Source: Octopus sinensis
Taxonomy: Eukaryota
Length of the DNA: 64,000 nucleotides
Reading direction: 5' to 3'
Assembly (NCBI RefSeq): GCF_006345805.1
Contig: NC_043000.1
Location: forward strand, 64,976,001-65,040,000
In this document: positions 41,601 to 52,372 of the stretch, one piece after another
Numbering within the stretch: position 1 is the first letter of the stretch
Layout of the letters: each line of letters starts with the position of its first letter
Program-made: the position numbers and the translations under genes
The notes under the pieces: generated by a model
Databases searched by the model: none
Seen by the model: only the letters and a program-made list of their open reading frames with translations
What the model was told of the DNA's origin: nothing

Positions 41601-44600
41601 AATTTGCATGAAATTTTGATGGAAGGTTTTAAATCATTTTAAAGAAAATGGTTTGTATTGTAGGACCAGTGGCAGTTTTAGATGGATTGTTATGGAAAGG
41701 GTTAAAGTTTTTAAACATTATTTGAGGCAAGTGTTGTATAGAAATGTTATTTAGAAACATCTGCTATTACAAGAATACCTCAACTTAGCATTTCAGTTGT
41801 TTCCAAATATCTAACTGCTAGAAGAGAAGCAAATTGTTAAATGAGATTATTCCTTAAATTTGCCAGTCATTTTGCCTTGCTGTGTGATTGGTTCAGCTCA
41901 TCAAAATTATAAAACAACCAATAATGAGAAACTAGCTAGAATATGCTACATTATTTTAAAAATTAAGTAGCTTTACAGCTATTCCCAAGGTGACTATTTT
42001 CATTACCTATGTTGTGTTGAAATACACCAGATTCAGCTAGAAATTTCCAAAATTAACCAGTCTGATTGGAAGGACGAATTGATTGATATGTTTCAAGATG
42101 AAAGAGAAATGGAGAGAAGGTGAATACAGTATGCATGCACCACATCAATATACAAACTAACTGAATGAGTGAATGAACAAACACTTAAATGCACATTATC
42201 AAAGTGTGTGTGGGTATTAAACATTTAAAATAATCATTATGAATGTTTAGTATTCATTTTGCATAATTAATAATTAAATTTTTATTTTTATGATTTTTAA
42301 AAAATATTATTAAAATGGGGTATCATTAAAAGGGAAGTTGTGTAGCAAAGTTTTGCAATATTTTGGATTGTATTCAGTTATTTGAAGCCAAATATCCAAA
42401 TGCAATAAATTAAGTTATGCTGGTTTAATACTGTTCTTCCATTACTGCTTGCAAACTGGCAGAGCCATTAGCACACTGGGTGAAATGCTTAGCGGTGTTT
42501 CACCCATTGCTACATTCAGAGTTCAAATTCCACCAAGGTTGACTTTGCCTTTCATCTTTTTGGGATTGATAAAGTAACAGTTAAACACTGGGGTTGATGT
42601 AATCGACTAATCCCCTGCCCCCAAATTTCAGGCTTTGTGCCTACAGAAGAAAGGATTATTTATTGTTTTAGTCATTTTCTGCATTTCCTTCCTTTGCTAC
42701 TTTATGTGATACTTTTTGTGTTATTATTTGTCACAATGTCTACATTACTCTTTCTTTGGCCAATCATTTTTATAACTATTATTGCATGTATTAACTATGG
42801 CTGAGTGCTTAAAATATTTGCTATGCATTTACAAGGCCCTGGGTTTGTTCCCACTGCATGGCATCTTGGACAAGTGTCTTTTATCATAGCCTCAAGTCAA
42901 CTCAAGCATTGTGTGTGAAATTGGAGAATCAGAAATTGTGTGCAAATCCATCACAAGGATTACACCTGTAATCTACAAGTTCAACCTTGTCACAGGTATC
43001 ATGCAGCCTCTACCTGAGAATTACATTAAGACACACTGATGTCTTACATGTTAATTTAACAAACAGGTAGCCCTGTTCATTGAACAGCTGAATACTTATT
43101 GTCAAAACTGATGGTAATACCTTTTATGTGTTTATGTTAAACGAGTAAAATGCCCTCCGTCCAATGGATGGTGCTGAGTTGTCAAACAATTAAACCAAAT
43201 TTTCTCAAAACAACTTGTCTGACTGTCCCATAGGCCTCCCCTTTGAGAAACACTGATTTAACCTAAATTTGAGACACCAGCAAAAGAAGAAATAAAGATA
43301 GACTTTTTTTTCTATTCCAATAAAAATGATTTTACAAATGCACGTTCCTACGGCTTTATCGATCGCATTCTCACCTGGAATCGATTTTTGTAATTTTTTT
43401 CAAGACACCCTGATACCCTCGGTATCTACATATCAAATTTGAGCGCAATCGGATGGAGAATGCCCAAGATCCTAGAAGACACACAGACAGACAGACAGAA
43501 CAGATTTTATATAATAGATAAGCATCATGACCTTTGCAGACCTTTCCAGACTTATAAGATTGATATGGCTGATGCCTAGCTTGAATATCTGCAAGTCAAT
43601 GCCCACGAGAAAAACACGGGTAGGGTACAAACTGTGGGGCTGAGCTGAATGCTTGCAACAAGTTAGGCACCAGTAAAGGTATCCCAGAACCAAATGACTG
43701 TGTTGAACTGGATAGAATATTGAGCCTCATCACCTCATGTGGGGCCTAAGAAGAGAAAACTCCTCCTCTTCCTAGGTCTCACATTGAAAAGAATTACTGT
43801 TTTTACTAGTTATTTAACTACTTGAATAGTAGCTGAATTGTGGTTGTATTGCTGTTCATGTTACATATGTTACTGCTTGTGTTTTATTATCTACAATATT
43901 ATTCTACTTTCCATGATGTTCGTGTGGCGGTGTATTATGCTTCAGACAGTCTTAACTATGGAATGAAACTGAAGACATAATTGTAATCCTTAACAGAATG
44001 AAATAGTGCTTTGGAGATCTATAAATTTATGCATGAAAATATGAATGTGAAAATTTATAAAAGTGGAATGTCCATGGTTTTTTATTCTAAAGGTTGTGGT
44101 TTTAATATTCATGTTACTTTATATGTTTTTTTGTATTACAGCTTTATACCTGTGTTACCATTGCCTCCTTTTTATGTTGTGTGACAATTTCTATTTCATG
44201 TTGTGTTACTATGTCTGCTTAGTTATATTACAGCTTCAATACGTGTGCTATTGCTTTTACTACATGTGTTACTGTATCATTTTACAGCTTCTCTTACATG
44301 TTGTTTCTATTCCTGTTTATTCACGATACATTTATCATATGTTGCATTACAACTTCTACTACATGTATTATTGTATCATTTTACAGCTTTTTTTGTATAG
44401 CTGTACTATTGTATGTATTGCATGTTATATTACTGTTTCTGTTTATTCATGTAACAGCCTTTATTACATGTTGCATTACAGCTTTAGCTACATTTTCTGT
44501 TATTGACTACTTACATTGTCTTATACTATAGTTTATGATATTTCCTAGATTGCTTCTTATAATATTCATGCTATTACCCATATTGTGTCTTATTGGTACT

Positions 44601-47600
44601 ACAGTTGTGTCATTGGAATTATAGCCTAATTGCTAAAGAAGCAGTGGGTTGTGTATCCATGGAGCAGTAACACCACATGGCATTTAACTGTCCAGACAAT
44701 ATGGTTATTAAGAAGCGCTCTGAACCAATAGAAGTCACTCCTGTACCACTGCTTTAAGCAGTATTGTTTCATCTTAGTCCTGATTAAATAGACATATGAT
44801 TACAAGCATTTTAGCTGTGACACCCATCTTTTGTTTATTGGGCCTATTGTATCTAGAACTACATTACAAAGAAAATAGATGCTATATGAAGGGATGCTGA
44901 AAAGTTCCTGGTTTTAGGGATATGGTGAAAGGCCTGGTTGGAAGCCCAATCTTCCAAGTTCTTTCACAGGCCTTAGAAAAACTGAAGGACCACTGCAATA
45001 AGTGTGTGAATCTGAGAGGGAAATATGTTGCATAAAATCATAATTAACTGATCCTCCTGTATTTTTTTTACCCAAAGCCAGGAATCTCTCAACATCCCCT
45101 TGTTTAATGACAAGCATTTTAGCTGTGACATTCCGGTTTTGTTTATAAGAGCTAGTGTATCTGGATCTACATTACAAAGAAAAAAATAGTGGATAAAAAA
45201 TAATGAGGTATGTGATAAAGTGAGATTTGGCTACTATTTCTACCTCATAGAGGTATGATGAATGTAGTGTTAACTGGTAGAGATAAGTTCCAAAAACTAG
45301 AAAATAGATCATGGGGAAGCCTATCCAGTGTACTTATTTAACCTTCTGGAAACACAACATGATGATGATGTATGAGATATTGTCCAATTAATCAATAAGT
45401 TATATATCATTACTTTTATTGATTCTAATCTATGATGTTATTCAGCTACAGTTTCTGTACATGAAAATTTAACCATGAAATTAAACTAAGATGATCTTTT
45501 TTATGCACAAAATTTATATTTCCTGTAAAATTGGCATTGGGAAGAGTACCCAGTCACAGAAACCATACCAAAGGAGACAATGGAGCATGATGCAGTCCTT
45601 AGATTCTTTGGATTCTATCAAATCATCCAACCATACCGTTATAGAACATTGACATTATATGATGATGATGATGATGCTTTTTATCATTAGTAAAATAATT
45701 TAGATTTGATAAAACTTTACTAATGTTGTTGAGCTATAACAAAATAAAATTATGGATAGATTATATCTTTGACTTCATTCCATAGTTGAAGTTTTTCTGT
45801 TCTTTATACATATAAAAATAAAAATAATAGATAACAACACTCAAAGTAGAACCGGTGGCAAGTGTATAACAAAGAATATAATATTTGATGATGTTCTCTC
45901 CAAAAATTACACCTTCAGTACAACCTGTATAATTTGACATCATCAGATAAATCAAATCCTTGAGAAAAAATACAATTTCAAATGAAATTATATATTTCAT
46001 GATTCTCTTAAACTTCCAGCCATCACATACTTTACAAAATAAGTATGGAAAATCTACAGATACTGCTTTACTTTTCCATGCCCTTGGTTGCTTGTCTTTG
46101 TACCTGAAGTGTTTCTACCATTATTGCAATAGCCTTAGCTCGTTGGAGCTAGCTAATTTCAGACTGTCTTTACTCAGGCCCACTCAATACAATTGTCTTT
46201 TATCACCTATAACTAGAGGTCGCCAAATTTTTTCGACCATTGGCCCTCTTTAGCCATTTGTCCTTCCGCATTGACCACCCTCCTCATTTAAAATATTTTA
46301 ATACCCTACCCTTCCATACCATATCTTAAATGCATACTGGATACTGAGGCTGGCAATTAAAATGTTAGCTAAAATATACATGTACGACAAATCTAGAAAT
46401 TCTATTGAAGATGACACACTTTTTACATTTAAAACTTCGTGTACATTATTAAAATTTCAATTTTTATGAAATTGTTTTCATGGTTAGAAAATGTGAAAAA
46501 TACATTATATTGCTGGAATATCTTTTATTGAAATTGACAACATCAATGTGAGGGATGAGCATTGCGCTGACTAAGTATTTGAAGCAGTTCATCTGGGTGA
46601 GCTTGTCTTTTGCACGCCAACCTCCATTCGACCTCTTGGCTATCATCGACCCCTGTAATTCCTCGCCGAACCCTAGGAAGTCACTCGGACCCCCTTTGGC
46701 GACCCTTGACATATACTCCCCTCCCCACTCTTCCAGCCCTGCATTGACAATTTCCTCCTTATCTTTATCTTATAGAATGAGGACCCTCTTCAATTCTGTC
46801 TGTCCTCATATTGTTCCTGCTTTGCATGGACTTGAAAATGTTCACGAACATCAGCCATACCAACAAACATCCAAGAAGCATCTGCTTTATTTTGACTAAA
46901 CCATTCCAAAAATTAAAACTGTTCCTCATGACACTTTGTTACAAATGTCATTATTGCAATTGTTTCTCATGTTAACGTTTGTTACATCTGTTGTCACTGG
47001 TGTTACTATGTGAACTATGTTTCACATTACTGTTCATGTTTATTTTGTTACTGATGTTTGTAAAAAAACTGTTACATTATCATCTGTGTTACATCTGTTA
47101 TTACTGGTGTTACTCCATCAACTGTGTGTTACTACAAGAGCTGTTACATTATTGTCTGTTTTGTCAGTGTTACTCCATAAACTATTTTTTCATGCTACTG
47201 TTTGTGTAACATCTGTTGTTGTTGGTGTTACATCTGTTGCTGTTAGTATAATTATTATAACTGCTTCTGTTATAGTTGTTATTACTGGTGTTACAAGTTG
47301 AAATGTTTCCCATATTAATGTTTATGTTACTTATGATGTTGTTGGTGTTACTCCCTGAACTCTCTTCTGATACTTTTATGTTACATCTGTTACTGCTGTT
47401 GTTACTTGCATACACTCATATTATTTTTTGCATTATATCTATGATAACAGGAACTATTCATTATACTGTTTGTGCTACACATAATGTTATCTATATCTTT
47501 TATTAAAATATTATTTCATGTTACTACTTGTACTACAATTGTTAACATTAGTGTTACTATTTCAACTGTTTTTACTTAACTGTTAGTGTTACATGTGTTG

Positions 47601-50600
47601 TTATTGATATTACTACACAAATGCTTTCTTTGTGTCTTATATCTGTTGCTACTGGTGTTACAACCTGAACAGTTTCATATGTGAATGTATGTGTTCATTT
47701 ACTGTTACTGTTCTTGATTCTGGGCTGTCCCCTTCCGAGGCTTGACGGTTTTGAATTGTTATCCTTGTTTCTGTAGCTTTACTTTTTCCTAGGTAGGAGT
47801 CTTGGACCTAGACAAACCCATTTTTGTCTCTGAGAAGAGGTGGTCCTTATTAGTCTGGCCTCTGTTTTTTGACCTGTTCAGCGAGAGAGGTTCTACGGGG
47901 TCTTGTACTCAGTTGAAAGAAACTTTGGGGTCATTGAGGCACAGAAGCCAGCATAATACAATGAGGAATGGATATTGTAATGCATATTACTTCTTTACCA
48001 ATGTTAAATCTTCTGTTGGTTCTTTAACTTCTTGGTGGAATCCACTACCAGCATTACATGCATTTCTAATTTCATATTGATATGATTGCTGCATATCACT
48101 GATTGAGTTACTAATTCTTATAATTGACTCTTACATAAATAGTCAGTATTCTGACATAGTTGGGAGAGATGTTATTATTATAACTAATTTGTTTGGGTGT
48201 AGAGCCAGGACCTTATAACAGCATTTTCTTTATAAGAGTTCAATCCAAAATGGATATAAAATGATGCTGATGATAAAGTTGATGTAAGTTGCATTGTAAA
48301 GGGTGGTAAGCCAGCAGAATTTCTAGTATACTGGGAACAATGCTTAGCAGTATTTCATCCCTCTGTATGTTCTTTGTTCAAATTTCACTGAGGTTGACTT
48401 TGCCTTTGATTCTTTTAGTTTTATTAAAATAAGTACCAATTGAACATTGGGACTGATGTAATTGACTTACCCACTCCCACAAACTTGCTGGTCTTGTCCC
48501 AAATTTTGAAATCAGTTTTACTCTAGAAAATGAGATACTTTTGTAAAGAATTCAACATGTAGGAAATTACTGAAGTTTTAAGAGTTCATGAAGTTCATTC
48601 AACATTTCATATTTAAATTACATCAATTACTGCTTCAGTGCAGTAACTGATATCCAGCCAGTGAACTGGGAGAATCATGAGAGTATTAGACAAAATGCTT
48701 CTAGCAATTTGAGTTCCAAAGCTACTAAGATTAACTTTACCTTCTTTCATCCTTCCAAGTTAAATACTTTAACCCTTTTGTTACCAACCCGGCCAAAACC
48801 GGCTCTGGCTCTGTAGTACGAATGTCTTGTTTTCATAAGTTTTTCATTAAAATATACCACCAAACCTTAGTTGCAATTTATGTTCCTAACACTAGCTTAA
48901 TGATAATTAAATTATTTTACTAAATTCTTTGTTATATTTAAAATAATTGAAAGAAACACAGAGCATCTCAAAATAAATACAGTAACGAAAGGGTTAAATA
49001 CCAGGCTAGTGCAGTTAGCTAGCAGAACTGTTAGCTCCTTGAACATGATGACTCCTTATGGCATTTATTCTAGCTCTTAACATTCTGAGTTCTAATGCTG
49101 CTGCGACCTACCTGGAAGGTGGACCTAATTCATCACCTGGGTTAACACTACTGCTTGCTACTTTGGGTGTCTTTCACTGCATTCATATTTTTGCAAGCAT
49201 TCAGGTCAGGCCTCTATTTTGAGGATGTCTTCATCCCTCACAACAGTTTTGAAAAATGTGATGAGTACCGCCCACCCTCATCACTGAACATAATTATCAT
49301 CAGCATAATGTCCACTTTTTCGTGCTTTTATGGATTGAACAGAGTTTATTGGGGCAAATTTTCTATGGCTTGATGTCCTTCCTATTGTCAACCTTCACCT
49401 GTTTCCAAGTGAGGTAATATTTTCCCATGGCCAGACATATTCTTACAGAATATTAGAAATGAATAACACTGTTTGTAAGACAGTGACACCCTTTAATGAC
49501 TAGCACATAATGTGAAGACAAAGAGACACATATATCTACCAGTTCCAAACAAGGTTTTGGTCAACCTGGGATTATTGCAGAAGACACTTGCTCAAGGTGC
49601 TATGCTGTAGTACTGAACGTGGCACCATGTGGTTGAGAAGCAAACTTCTTAACTACACAGCCATATCATTCAGGTGAGAAACAAGCAAGAATAAACCAAA
49701 AAGAAAAGAAAAGAAAAGAAAAGAGAAACATTAAAAACAGCAAAGTACAAAGTCATGGTATTTAATCCTCTGGATAAAAGGAAATAAGGATAAGTCACAG
49801 ACTTCAGACAATGATCCTTTGTTAAGACAAGAGAGGAAAAACTTTGAAGAAAAAAATGTTGATTCATGTAACATGTTGTTACATTTTTGAATCAACAGCA
49901 AATTTTTTTTCCTTCCTTATTTTTTTCTATCTTTTCTTTTTTGATGAAGGATCACTGTCTGAAATATTGCCTTATCTTGTTTTCTATTCATCCACAACAA
50001 TAAATATATTGGCTCTTGTTTATTAAAAAAAAAAGAAGTTTTTCCTTGTTCTTCAATTAAATATTAATTACTAAAATATATATAGCAATATTTCATAAAT
50101 GTGAGAATGTTTAACTCATGGAAGGTCCTTCCTAGTTTCATTATTGTTGTATTCATAGCATTAATTGTCCCAGTTTTAGGAGCAGTAAACTAAACATTCT
50201 CTGGTTTATCTATTTTACTTCTAGTGAGTAAAACTTCTATTATTAATTTATTTTCCTCTTGTTTGTAGATTGTAAATATAACAAAGGAGCATGGTCAAAA
50301 TGTGACCCAACTACAAAAACTAAAAGCCGAACACTAACTTTGAAGGCTCTGAGTGACAGCTCGTGTCCAGCCAGCAAGCCACAGACTAAGGACTGCAAGG
50401 GTAATGTGAATAACAAAGGTATGTTTTATCTCTGTTCACTTTTACAAGCATTGAGTGACATAAAGGTTTTCTTGTCTACTTTTATATCTCACTTTGAACT
50501 TTTTAATGAATTACATACGCCACCTCATTTTAGTTGACACAAAATTGTATTTCTAATATTTTAATAGGCTCAGGTTTGGCTATATGGCAAGAAGCTTGCT

Positions 50601-50764
50601 TCTCAACCATATGGTTCTGGGGTTCAGTCCCACTGTGTGGCACTTTGGGCAAGTGTCTTTTACTATAGCCTTGGGCCAACCAAAATCTTGTGAGTGGATT
50701 TGGTAGGCAGAAACTGAAAAAAATCTATTGTAAAGTTACATACGTACATACATTCATACATACA

Positions 50765-50799
<35 letters not shown>

Positions 50800-51345
50800 C
50801 AATAATAATAGTGATTGTTTCTTATTAGGAACAAAATGGTTAATAGGACTGCTACAGAAGTGCACAAGTAAATGAGACGAGTATAACAAACTTTGGTTGT
50901 AGAACAAACAACAAATTTAAGGTCATCCACCTAACATATCACTGGATGTGATATGTTAGGTGGATGACCTTAAATTTGTTGTTTGTTCTACAACCAAAGT
51001 CTGTTATACATACATACATATATATATATATATCTATACAATATGTTACATTACTCGGTAGTCAAGATAAAACTCTGAGTTTCAGATGCCGAAGTGGAAA
51101 TCCACAACACCATCTCTTCGGTTATCTGGCTATTTGAAAACGTTATGAAAAAATACGGTATTTTTTCATAACGTTTTCAAATAGCCAGATAACCGAAGAG
51201 ATGGTGTTGTGGATTTCCACTTCGGCATCTGAAACTCAGAGTTTTATCTTGACTACCGAGTAATGTAACATATTGTATAGATAAATTTCCTCTATTTACA
51301 TAATATTGAGGTCTCTTTCTTTCTTTTGTTATCTTACCGTTTTAT

Positions 51346-51381
<36 letters not shown>

Positions 51382-51388
51382 GTATGTA

Positions 51389-51427
<39 letters not shown>

Positions 51428-52326
51428 ATGTCTGTGTCTGTGTTTGTCTTCTACCGCTGCTTGACAACTGGTGTTGGTTTGTTTACATCCGGATAACTTA
51501 TCAGTTTGATGAAAAGAGACCAAAAGAATAAGTAACAAAATACAAGTACTGGTATCAATTCATTAGACTAAAAGTTCTTCAAGATGGTACCCCAGCATGG
51601 CTGCAGTCTAATGACTGAAACATAAAAGATACAAGATCCATTAAGTCTGTGGCAATAATTTATAATATGCTAAATCATTATTATATTGTATAAAAAAACT
51701 TACTGGAAATACTTATAATATGCATAGAGCATAGAAAACGGAAAAAGAAAATGAAAATCTATCTTTCAAATATTCCTTCTTTGCAATTCAGAAGGTTAAA
51801 TTTTATTACATTTTAACATTTTTAGTACATAATATTATGGGTAGATTCATTTTTGATGCCAGTCCCATTCTTGTAGACTGAATGTTTTTTGCCTCTGGCT
51901 GGAGATGGAAATTGAGTTGTGTTCTAAACTGAAACACATGGATTTGTTATTATGATACTTGCCTTATACCCTAAGGAGTTTTTCATCTTTCGTTTATATG
52001 CTAGTCTGATTTGATGTGCCAAAAGTTGATGATCTGAAGGGAACTAGTGTTTCTAGTGCCAATTGGCCATAACTATGTAAATAGAAATAACTCTGCTAAA
52101 GTGATGTAACAGTGATGAGTAATTTCTTTTTTTTATTTTGATTTTTCACTGAAATTCTAGGTTGCAAATATTCATATGGGGACTGGAGTGCTTGTAATAC
52201 AACAAGCAACATTCGTACCAAGACTATGACACTAGATAGTGGAGATCGTTCAATGTGTGAAGCAACTAAAACAGTGACAAAGTCTTGCAACAAGAAAGGC
52301 GGAAAAGGTAAGTAGTAGTAGTAGTA

Positions 52327-52372
<46 letters not shown>

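Noticed and set aside
44800-45190. ~80-bp direct repeats flanking the mariner MITE as a giant target-site duplication
   Set aside because: The copies are diverged and resemble a dispersed repeat fragment, and mariner TSDs are TA.
47720-47960. Segment reminiscent of an RTE-type LINE 5' end (and its HDV-like ribozyme) on the minus strand
   Set aside because: Resemblance is from memory only; I could not build the double-pseudoknot pairings from this copy.
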